Assembly (NCBI RefSeq): GCF_000148385.1
Contig: NC_014537.1
Span: forward strand, 1,230,001 to 1,262,000
DNA: 32,000 nucleotides
Source: Vulcanisaeta distributa DSM 14429
GTDB taxonomy: Archaea; Thermoproteota; Thermoprotei; Thermoproteales; Thermocladiaceae
Reading direction: 5' to 3'
A program made the translations under genes and the position numbers. The notes under the pieces are model-generated. The model searched no databases. It was not told where the DNA came from and was given only the letters and a program-made list of their open reading frames with translations. This document shows, piece by piece, positions 9,342 through 17,140 of the stretch (its first letter is position 1; every line of letters starts with the position of its first letter).

Positions 9342-10082
9342 TCCAGGGGCTTGAGCGAGATTGTTAGTATGGTCATTATCATGGGTGTCGTAATCGCCCT
9401 GGGCCTCATATTCTACATAATCGTTGGAATCAACTTTAGTAAGGCATCAGCGAGTGTGTCGGTCTCGCAGATCGAGACCTTATTCGATAACATAGCCACC
9501 GACTTGGACAGCGCCTTGTCCAGTCCTATGCCATCTAACGTGCTTAGTTATCCGGTCTTTATGACGAATTACGGAACCTACAACGTTGCGCCATCTTTTT
9601 GTAATTTAACGATTAATGGAATAACCGCATATAGTAGTGGCGGTGTAGTATTTGGTGTACCGCCAGGCTATGGCTCAATGCCCAGCGGCTACATTAACGT
9701 GCTCCTGGGGAATAGGAGCCTAATAGTGGCTAATGAGTCGAGTAATTTATTTAATGTGGTGTTCTATGGGGCCTCCACAATCTCCGGCGTGACTTATGGT
9801 GAGTTCATTGCGTTGTATCCTAGGGTTGCTGTGCTTACCATGGGTGGTGGTCAGTATGAGTTATTGGTGCCGGTGTTGATTGGTCGTTTTAATCCCAGCC
9901 TTAGTAATTTGCTTGTGTTTAATGTTACGTATCCAATCTCGGTTAATTATAACTATGACAGGCCCGGGACGTACATCATTAATTACACATGCGGCGCCAA
10001 GAATGAATTGTTAAGTAGCGACGTTGTGCTTAATGGAAAAATTGAAATACTCCCTGTGTACATATATGTGTATTATGGGTGA
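9333..10082 (+). CDS. type IV pilin-like protein, operon gene 4 (paralogue of gene 5)
   Basis: TGATG overlap with gene 3, with an alternative ATG at 9339. N-terminus MSRG|LSEIVSMVIIMGVVIALGLIFYII closely matches the archaeal pilin N-terminal consensus (RG-L/Q-S/T-E/P plus hydrophobic helix). Confidence 0.8.
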   Translation: MGMSRGLSEIVSMVIIMGVVIALGLIFYIIVGINFSKASASVSVSQIETLFDNIATDLDSALSSPMPSNVLSYPVFMTNYGTYNVAPSFCNLTINGITAYSSGGVVFGVPPGYGSMPSGYINVLLGNRSLIVANESSNLFNVVFYGASTISGVTYGEFIALYPRVAVLTMGGGQYELLVPVLIGRFNPSLSNLLVFNVTYPISVNYNYDRPGTYIINYTCGAKNELLSSDVVLNGKIEILPVYIYVYYG

Positions 10083-10089
10083 TTGAATG
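10077..10089 (+). promoter_or_regulatory. stop/Shine-Dalgarno/start junction (GGGTGATTGAATG)
   Basis: GGTGAT spans the TGA stop of gene 4. The ATG of gene 5 follows 4 nt after the stop. Confidence 0.55.
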
Positions 10090-10929
10090 AAGTCTACGCC
10101 CAAGCCCATCCATACCCACTGGAGGCACGGACAAAGTGACGTATTGAGCACTGTTATCCTAATTGCCGTGATAATGGTCGTGAGCGCCATATTTATAGTC
10201 TTCTCCATGGTACAATTTGGTAATGAGGTTTCTCAATCATCCATCGAGTACATTGCCTCGTTTCTCACGAATGTTGCGGATGACATCGATACATTCATGT
10301 TCGTTCCAGGCGCAATACTCGTGTATCAATTACCGAATACAAATTATGGAACATATAATTTCGTAAACTCACTATGTAACATATCCATTAGCGCGGCTTC
10401 GAGTAATGTCATTAACGAGGTATCCGGCGGATTGGTATACGGTGTACCACCCACGTATTTCTCACTGCCGCCTGGGTTCAGTACGGTGTGGAGGGGTTCT
10501 ACATTTAATGGAGCACCTACATCATCATTGAATGATTTCTCATTGATCGTTAGTTACCAAACGCGCGTCTTAATGGGTACATCAATGGCTGTCCTACAGT
10601 TTGGTTATGGTAACTTCAACGGTATTAGCTATGGCACTTACTTGGTCATGATTCCTAGGGTCATGGTTATAAATGGTACTGGGCCCAGCGGGATTGGTTA
10701 CGTGTACATACCAGTACTTAACCTAGTCAGTAATCAGGGTAGGGGTAAGTTAATCATTAGCATTCAGAACATTAGTTCTCAGTCAATAGTTCTTAAAAAT
10801 GGTGGTGAATTAAAGATTAGCGAGGTCTGTCATTTCGGCAATGGCGTCAAACCAATAAGCTCAAGCGCCGTTGTGGTTGGTAATACCGTGTACGTAACCA
10901 TAGTTCAAATAGGTGTTGGCTTTGGGTGA
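10087..10929 (+). CDS. type IV pilin-like protein, operon gene 5 (paralogue of gene 4)
   Basis: N-terminus is HWRHG|QSDVLSTVILIAVIMVVSAIFIVF. It shares the blocks YGTYN..CN(L/I)(T/S)I, SGG(V/L)V(F/Y)GVPP.Y and YG.(F/Y)(I/L).(L/M).PRV with gene 4. A GGTGAT motif lies 3 nt upstream of the ATG. Confidence 0.8.
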   Translation: MKSTPKPIHTHWRHGQSDVLSTVILIAVIMVVSAIFIVFSMVQFGNEVSQSSIEYIASFLTNVADDIDTFMFVPGAILVYQLPNTNYGTYNFVNSLCNISISAASSNVINEVSGGLVYGVPPTYFSLPPGFSTVWRGSTFNGAPTSSLNDFSLIVSYQTRVLMGTSMAVLQFGYGNFNGISYGTYLVMIPRVMVINGTGPSGIGYVYIPVLNLVSNQGRGKLIISIQNISSQSIVLKNGGELKISEVCHFGNGVKPISSSAVVVGNTVYVTIVQIGVGFG

Positions 10930-10937
10930 TGGGCATG
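10924..10937 (+). promoter_or_regulatory. stop/start coupling junction (GGGTGATGGGCATG)
   Basis: Identical 14-mer to the 5370 junction, between genes 5 and 6. Confidence 0.6.
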
Positions 10938-11501
10938 GACACACTGGCCTTTATAATAATGACCGTGGCCCTCATGGTTCTGGTTATAACCTTCACCTGG
11001 TACATGAATTACTACGTATCCATGAACCTGCTCAACACGGCAAATTACATAACCTCACTGGTAACGTCAGCATTGAAGCATGAGACGGAGACCGCCATAT
11101 CAATAGCCTCCTTCAGCGATGTTACTGGGAGTTTCAACTTCACATTTATGCTACCCACATCGTCATTCTCAACCCAGGGACTCGCCATAAACTACAATAT
11201 AACCCTATACCCAAGGAAAGAAGGTGAGATAATCGAACTTATGGCAAACATAACCGTGACGGCAAGCCTAGGCCCTATAACGAGAGTAATGAGGACGACA
11301 ACTCTACTCTACGCATCAACACAGCCATATAATATTACCGCTTATAACTGCGTTAATAGAAATCGTCCAGTAAACTTAGTAAATTCCATATGGTTATATC
11401 AGGTGCCGGTGAATTTATCGAACTATATCTGTACCTGGAATAGTAAGGATATTCAGCTGGGCTATGCAGTAATAAGTATAAATAAGGGTTATCAGGGATA
11501 A
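10929..11501 (+). CDS. membrane-anchored operon gene 6 (pilin-like hydrophobic N-terminus without a basic leader)
   Basis: TGATG overlap with gene 5, with an alternative ATG at 10935. N-terminus is MDTLAFIIMTVALMVLVITFTWYM. The extracytoplasmic part contains several sequons (NFT, NIT, NIT, NLS). Confidence 0.65.
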   Translation: MGMDTLAFIIMTVALMVLVITFTWYMNYYVSMNLLNTANYITSLVTSALKHETETAISIASFSDVTGSFNFTFMLPTSSFSTQGLAINYNITLYPRKEGEIIELMANITVTASLGPITRVMRTTTLLYASTQPYNITAYNCVNRNRPVNLVNSIWLYQVPVNLSNYICTWNSKDIQLGYAVISINKGYQG

Positions 11502-11512
11502 TTCATTAAATC

Positions 11513-11929
11513 ATGAATATGAACATTAATGAATTAAGGTTGTTTCCTTGGAGCAATTACGGCGTTGTCTTCACAATACTCTTTGGTTCAAGGGCCTGGG
11601 GCAGGATTGTTAAGGGTGATTGGGACATAGCCGTTTGGCTAATAGACATTGATAAGTACGTCGACCTTCAATACTCCTTATCCCGGTTCCTCCGCGTTCA
11701 TGAGGAGTATGTAGATCTCGTGCTACTTAATAATTATGAATACCTGCCCTGCTCATTAATAATCGACATACTTGGTAGGGGCAAGGTTATTTACTACAGG
11801 GACCTGGATGAGTACTTAGACATTAAGTTGAGAGTCCTAAAGCCCTGCTTTGACTTCATGATTGATGCCGAGAAACTTGACTTACTGAGGACGCAGATAG
11901 ATGCGGTGATTAGGAGATGGGAGCGATAG
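11513..11929 (+). CDS. minimal nucleotidyltransferase (MNT/MntA-type antitoxin)
   Basis: LFGSRAWGRIVKGDWDIAVW fits the GS-x(9-10)-DxD NTase signature. The ORF overlaps the downstream HEPN gene by 13 nt. TATAAATA at 11477-11484 is a candidate promoter. Confidence 0.8.
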   Translation: MNMNINELRLFPWSNYGVVFTILFGSRAWGRIVKGDWDIAVWLIDIDKYVDLQYSLSRFLRVHEEYVDLVLLNNYEYLPCSLIIDILGRGKVIYYRDLDEYLDIKLRVLKPCFDFMIDAEKLDLLRTQIDAVIRRWER

Positions 11930-12330
11930 AGCGATTGCTTAAGCTCCTCCTCCATTACACGACATTGCTGGATAACTTAAGCGTTAATGACCTAGATGAC
12001 GTGTATAAGTACCTCTCCGCCATATACCTACTCCAGGTTCAGGCCCAGTCATTAATTGACATTATGGTTAAGGCAGCCTCGGCCCTGGGTCTCGAGGTTG
12101 AGGGTTACGTGGATGCTGGTAATAAGTTAATGAGCGTTGGTATATTGAGCGGTGAGGAATTTAGTAAATATAGGTCCATTGTTAGGTTTAGGAATATCGT
12201 GATTCACCAATATGGTATTGTGGATATTAACATAATCCGTAGGATAATCGGCAATAGGGAGTATAGGGATGTTACTAAGCTCGGTATTAAAGTTGTTGAG
12301 GAGTTACGTAGGCGTGGGGTTGATTGTTAG
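11917..12330 (+). CDS. HEPN domain protein (DUF86/HepT-type toxin)
   Basis: The C-terminal RFRNIVIHQYG matches the R-x4-H-x-Y HEPN RNase motif of the DUF86 family. It is paired with the upstream MNT gene. Confidence 0.8.
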   Translation: MGAIERLLKLLLHYTTLLDNLSVNDLDDVYKYLSAIYLLQVQAQSLIDIMVKAASALGLEVEGYVDAGNKLMSVGILSGEEFSKYRSIVRFRNIVIHQYGIVDINIIRRIIGNREYRDVTKLGIKVVEELRRRGVDC

Positions 12331-13799
12331 GCGTCCCTAACCCTAATGAGTATTGGCCTTCTGAGCGGGTTCATTAGGCCGGCCACGAAGAACTCCCTGG
12401 TGCCGAGTTGGGCTAGGGTTGCCTCGCTCACGTCTGCCAGGTCCATGTACGCGGCTATCTCCCTGAGGTCGCCCTGGGCGCTTAACCTGCTAAAGAACAC
12501 GGTGCCTAGGTTAGCCCTGATGCTGGCCCTAACATCCCTTGCAATCCTCTGGCTAGCAACGATGAGTGATAGTCCCCACTTACGGCCTTCCCTCGCCGTG
12601 GTTTCGATGATGTCGCCGCATATCGTCCACTCATTCTCAGGTACGTAGTTCTGGGCCTCATCAATTACGAAGACTAGGTCGAGCGGTGCCTTACTGGCCT
12701 TCACGAGCCTCCAGGCAGCGTCTATGACATCGGCAACAATTGCCTGCTTAACCACGAGTTCCGGATCAAGGCTTAAATCAATGACCACTAAGTTTGATTT
12801 CAATGCCATGTTTACGATATCCATCGGCGATAAAGTCCTCTTATTAAGTTCATCAAAGAACTCACTCTCTATGAAGTAGTCAATGAAGAGCCTAGCCTTC
12901 TCAACAGTCGAATCCCTGGCGCCCAACCCCCTCATGCTATCCACTAGGTGCTTCGTGAATGACGCCTTATCCCACTTAACCACTTGACTAGCTTGAGTAC
13001 TTGGCTGTGGATCAATTAATTGTGATGATTGCTGTCTCTTCATCCTCTTGTCGCCACTTACGTACGTAATTACCGCAACCTCCAGATATTCGCCAAAGGT
13101 CTGCCAATTAAGCCTAGCCTTCTCCGCAATTACTGAGGCTATCGTTGGTGGTGAGATTGAGATCTCCTTAGAGGTTATTACCCTATCCCTGAAATACGGC
13201 GTATAATCCACGCCGCTGTGGTCGAAGACTATCACGTGCTTCCCAACCCTAACCAACTCCTCAATTAACGCCTTAACAAGCCTGGACTTACCCACACCAG
13301 TGGCTCCGAAAACACCAACATGCTGATTAACAAAACCTGCGTCCAAGTTAATGGACCAACCACTATACTTATGATTACCAATGTGTATTGGTAGGTTGGA
13401 CTTTATATAATCATTAAGGAACTTACCGTCTTTAATAACGAATACCTTAGAACCTGGCGTCGGTACGTGTCTAACCTCAAGCACGGACTTAGTACTCGGC
13501 TTTAATGTGGCATAGAGCCTAACCATGGCTGAGGTGAAGGGCATGAGTATTGTCTGGTCAAGAACCTCGGGCCTATCTACGAAGGGTGACCTAACCCTAT
13601 CCCTAATGAGCGGCTCGAGCTTTGTAACATTCCTAATAACACCAAGTAACAATTCATCCTCAAGGGATGGGTCATGAATAATGACCAACTGCTCTTCCAG
13701 GGCTAGGTTCTCAGTCTTCTTATAGAATTGAATCGGCACTAAACTAACAGATGCCCCACTGGTTGTAATGCCGACCTCAATACAGCACTTATCAAGCAT
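12327..13799 (-). CDS. HerA/DUF87-type (FtsK-HerA superfamily) ATPase
   Basis: Walker A is GVFGATGVGKSRLV and Walker B is LVFVIDEAQNY. The ASQR...R region and an N-terminal barrel-like region (LVIIHDPSLEDELLLGVIRNV) resemble the HerA HAS domain. A minus-strand TATA (TTTATAA) lies about 27 nt upstream of the ATG, so the transcript is probably leaderless and monocistronic. Confidence 0.8.
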   Translation of the reverse strand: MLDKCCIEVGITTSGASVSLVPIQFYKKTENLALEEQLVIIHDPSLEDELLLGVIRNVTKLEPLIRDRVRSPFVDRPEVLDQTILMPFTSAMVRLYATLKPSTKSVLEVRHVPTPGSKVFVIKDGKFLNDYIKSNLPIHIGNHKYSGWSINLDAGFVNQHVGVFGATGVGKSRLVKALIEELVRVGKHVIVFDHSGVDYTPYFRDRVITSKEISISPPTIASVIAEKARLNWQTFGEYLEVAVITYVSGDKRMKRQQSSQLIDPQPSTQASQVVKWDKASFTKHLVDSMRGLGARDSTVEKARLFIDYFIESEFFDELNKRTLSPMDIVNMALKSNLVVIDLSLDPELVVKQAIVADVIDAAWRLVKASKAPLDLVFVIDEAQNYVPENEWTICGDIIETTAREGRKWGLSLIVASQRIARDVRASIRANLGTVFFSRLSAQGDLREIAAYMDLADVSEATLAQLGTREFFVAGLMNPLRRPILIRVRDA

Positions 13800-14010
13800 T
13801 CAATGATTAATCTCAGGGGAGCTTATAAATAACTAATGATGAATGATTTTATCAATAGATTATAAAATTGAATGTAAACTATGCTTTATCTATAAATAAT
13901 ATATTTGTAAAATGAAAAAATCATTTGATATTCTACAAGCATAATATTACAAGAATATAAATATAAAGGGAAAAATTAATAAAGGAGAATAAAACATACT
14001 ATATTCTGTT

Positions 14011-15909
14011 ATGTCTAACCCACCAGAGACAGGTCCAAAGATTGGTGTTGAGAAGGCTGAGGTTACGGATAAACAACTCAGGAAGGCTTTGAATGTGTTC
14101 GATATTGCATACCTAGTAATAGGTGCAGTAATAGGTAGTGGTTGGTTATTCGGCTCCTTCTACGCGGCGGCAAAAGCCGGCCCTGCCGCGATAATTTCCT
14201 GGCTACTTGGGGGTATATTCCTAATGTTCATAGCCTTCTCATTCGCAGAATTAGGCGGTATGATACCCAAGTCCGGATCTATAGTGAGATATCCACAATA
14301 TAGCCATGGCAGTCTCACTTCATTCATACTCGCATGGGCTTACTTCCTAAGTGCGATAACGGTGCCGCCCGCCGAGGCTGAAGCCGTGGTTACATACATG
14401 TCATCATATGTCCACGGCCTCCTCACACCAACCGGTGTCTTAACCCTTGAAGGTGGTCTTGTGGCATTTGCCTTCTTAACATTCTTCTTCCTCCTCAATT
14501 ACTTTGGTGTTCATGTTATGGGTAAGACGAACACGGCCGTTGGTTGGTGGAAACTAATAATACCAATACTCACAGTTGCCTTACTACTTGGCTTATTCCT
14601 ACATCCGGCTAACTTCACGGCAGTACCTGGTGGTTTTGTGCCGTATGGATGGGCGCCAGTATTCATGGCATTACCAACAACCGGCATTGTATTTGCTTAC
14701 CTAGGCTTTAGGCAGGGCATTGAGTATGGTGGTGAGGCAAAAAACCCACAGAGAGACCTACCACTCGGTACTGTGATAGGCTTCTTAATATGTATGGCAA
14801 TTTACATATTACTTCAGGTTTCCTTTATTGGCGCTATTGATTGGTCTAAGCTTAGTCTTAAGCCTGGTGATTGGACTGACCTAACATCAACTGTGCTAAG
14901 TAGTGGTCCATTCTATGAGATCATGAAGATCAGCGGAATACCGATACTAATGGCCTTCGGCATAGTCCTACTAATCGACGCCATAGTGTCACCATCCGGC
15001 ACAGGTTGGATATACACAGGTACATCAGCGAGGACATTCTACGGCATGGCTGCTGATGGCCACTTACCTGACTGGTTCCTGAAGCTTAATAGGTGGAGGG
15101 TACCAATGTGGTCAACGATTGCCGCCTGGCTTGTTGGTGCGTTATTCCTAATACCATATCCGGCATGGGTATATATAATAACATTCATAAGTTCAACAAC
15201 GGTATTGACATACGTCGTTGTAGGATCAACACTCGTAGTACTTAGGAAGACGGCGCCTGAGGCTCCTAGGCCATTTAAGTTGCCTGTTCCATATGTATTT
15301 GGTGCCTTGGCATTCATATTTGCCTATTTAATACCGTATTGGTCTGGTTTTACGACTATGTGGGGCGTCACGGCATTGGTCCTCGCGGGCTTACCGCTAT
15401 TCTTCATGTATACTTCAGTTAATAGGTTTGGTGTTAGAAGGAGTAATGCTGCAATCCTTGGTGTTATTTATTGGATTGTTCTCGCCCTATCAACGATATT
15501 CCTCATTTATTATGACATAATAGTTCCGTATAATGCCGCATCTGCCGCAGGCACGGCATTACCATTTAGCATAAAGTACGTAATACCATTCGTGGCTTAC
15601 GTCATAATAATGCTGGCAATGACTGTGGCCTTCATCTACATAATCCGCATGTGGTCTAATGAGGAGGGTAAGCAGCATATTAATGCTGGTTGGTGGGTTC
15701 TCGGTTTGATATTCACTACGTTGATACTCGACTTCTTTGGCCCATTCAGCGTCTGGACTTCACCACCACTACCATTCCCATACGACACAATAACAGCAGC
15801 AATAATAGCCCTAATACTGTTCTTCTGGTCAGTGAGAAGCGGAATACCAACAAAAGACCTAGAAATAGTACTAAAAGAAATGGGAGTAATAAAGGAGGAA
15901 AGAAAGTAA
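14011..15909 (+). CDS. APC-superfamily amino acid permease with C-terminal extension
   Basis: The N-terminal LRKALNVFDIAYLVIGAVIGSGWLF and AELGGMIPKSGS motifs are typical of APC transporters. Hydrophobic segments run throughout the 632 aa. About four extra predicted TM helices follow the usual 12-TM core. Confidence 0.8.
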   Translation: MSNPPETGPKIGVEKAEVTDKQLRKALNVFDIAYLVIGAVIGSGWLFGSFYAAAKAGPAAIISWLLGGIFLMFIAFSFAELGGMIPKSGSIVRYPQYSHGSLTSFILAWAYFLSAITVPPAEAEAVVTYMSSYVHGLLTPTGVLTLEGGLVAFAFLTFFFLLNYFGVHVMGKTNTAVGWWKLIIPILTVALLLGLFLHPANFTAVPGGFVPYGWAPVFMALPTTGIVFAYLGFRQGIEYGGEAKNPQRDLPLGTVIGFLICMAIYILLQVSFIGAIDWSKLSLKPGDWTDLTSTVLSSGPFYEIMKISGIPILMAFGIVLLIDAIVSPSGTGWIYTGTSARTFYGMAADGHLPDWFLKLNRWRVPMWSTIAAWLVGALFLIPYPAWVYIITFISSTTVLTYVVVGSTLVVLRKTAPEAPRPFKLPVPYVFGALAFIFAYLIPYWSGFTTMWGVTALVLAGLPLFFMYTSVNRFGVRRSNAAILGVIYWIVLALSTIFLIYYDIIVPYNAASAAGTALPFSIKYVIPFVAYVIIMLAMTVAFIYIIRMWSNEEGKQHINAGWWVLGLIFTTLILDFFGPFSVWTSPPLPFPYDTITAAIIALILFFWSVRSGIPTKDLEIVLKEMGVIKEERK

Positions 15910-15959
15910 GCGCTCGTGTTAAAACTGTTTAAATAAAATTACTTTTTAATTATTCCCTG

Positions 15960-16628
15960 ATGATACAAAGACATACAGGGCTTGTCCTGGCTTTCGATGT
16001 TGATTGGGATGTGGAGAAGTCAATCATGTTCCTAAATGGCATTAGTGATCTTATTGATGCTGTTAAGATTGGTTGGTATCAATTACTGACTATTGGTCCC
16101 CAAGGAATTAAGGAGTTAACGGATAGTGTGAATAAGTATTTCCTAGCTGATTTTAAGCTTGGCGATGTTGCACACATTAATGAGTATGTGGTTAGGAAGG
16201 TGTATGGGTTAGGCATTAATGGTTTAATAATGCATGCTGTGGCCGGTAGGGATAACCTAGCTACCGCCATTAATGTGGCGCGTAAGTTAGGCGTTGACGT
16301 ATACCTTCTAATCTCTATGAGCTCTGGCGGTGAGTTGTATGATAGGAATCTTGATTATAATGTATCACTTGGTATGAGCCTTGGCGTTAGCGGCTTCATA
16401 GTCCCTGCGACAAAACCCAATGTGGTGAGGCAGGTCAGGTCAATGGTTGGTAGTAACTATCAATTATTATCACCAGGCGTTGGTGTTCAGGGTGGTAAAC
16501 CTGGATGTGCAATAGCCAATGGAGCTGACTTTGAGATTGTTGGTAGATCAATAATCAATAGTGAGTCACCAAGACAAGCCGCACTCAATATATTGAACGC
16601 GATTAGGAATCCAATCAGTTGCTCTTAA
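15960..16628 (+). CDS. pyrF: orotidine 5'-phosphate decarboxylase
   Basis: Contains LVLAFDV, the DxKxxD motif (LADFKLGDVAH) and the C-terminal GADFEIVGRSI, all typical of archaeal PyrF. Confidence 0.8.
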   Translation: MIQRHTGLVLAFDVDWDVEKSIMFLNGISDLIDAVKIGWYQLLTIGPQGIKELTDSVNKYFLADFKLGDVAHINEYVVRKVYGLGINGLIMHAVAGRDNLATAINVARKLGVDVYLLISMSSGGELYDRNLDYNVSLGMSLGVSGFIVPATKPNVVRQVRSMVGSNYQLLSPGVGVQGGKPGCAIANGADFEIVGRSIINSESPRQAALNILNAIRNPISCS

Positions 16629-17140
16629 TCAGGTAGCACCTTATCAATTGGCAACAACCTATCCCTCCAGTCAGACACGAGCTCCAGCACTAGCATTGTC
16701 TCTGTCTGGGCGATGTCTGGGTGTGTTGGCAAGTAATTAATTAGGAAATAGCTGAGTTGCCTGAGATCCTTAGCCCAAACCTTAAGTAATATGTCATAAT
16801 GGCCAGTTATTACATAGGCCTCCTCAATCCAGGGTAGTTTAGGATCTGTATCACTATCCTTTAATATCTTCTCAACAAGGAGCACTTGGGCCGACTTACC
16901 ACCACTTGGTGCGCTCCTCCTGACGCTAATCAGTACGAAGGCGAGGAGTGTGAAGCCAACCCTTAATGGGTCAATAACAGCCCTGTACGAGGTTATTACC
17001 TTATCACCCTCAAGCCTCGCCAATCTCGTAGCCACAGTAGTTCTTGGCCTATTGAGGATCTCGGCTAACTTACTTAATTGTAGCCTACCGTCTTTCTGTA
17101 TTTCCCTGAGTATTTCCTTATCTAACTTATCAATTATCAT
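16625..17140 (-). CDS. Lrp/AsnC family transcriptional regulator
   Basis: The N-terminal LDKEILREIQKDGRLQLSKLAEILNRPRTTVATRLARLE is an AsnC-type HTH. It is followed by an alpha/beta (RAM-like) domain. Confidence 0.85.
   Translation of the reverse strand: MIIDKLDKEILREIQKDGRLQLSKLAEILNRPRTTVATRLARLEGDKVITSYRAVIDPLRVGFTLLAFVLISVRRSAPSGGKSAQVLLVEKILKDSDTDPKLPWIEEAYVITGHYDILLKVWAKDLRQLSYFLINYLPTHPDIAQTETMLVLELVSDWRDRLLPIDKVLPD

Noticed and set aside
5370-10937. Repeated GGGTGATGGGYATG junctions as recombination or attachment sites, or remnants of cassette shuffling
   Set aside because: GGTGAT matches the anti-Shine-Dalgarno sequence, and a related motif occurs at the unrelated cydA/cydA-prime junction. 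A translational-coupling signal is therefore the more economical explanation. The observation is reported as a finding, not as a mobile-element feature.
12346-12648. 100-aa plus-strand ORF inside the HerA-like gene
   Set aside because: It is antisense to a CDS with clear Walker motifs. It is Ser/Leu/Ala-rich, typical of complement-strand noise.
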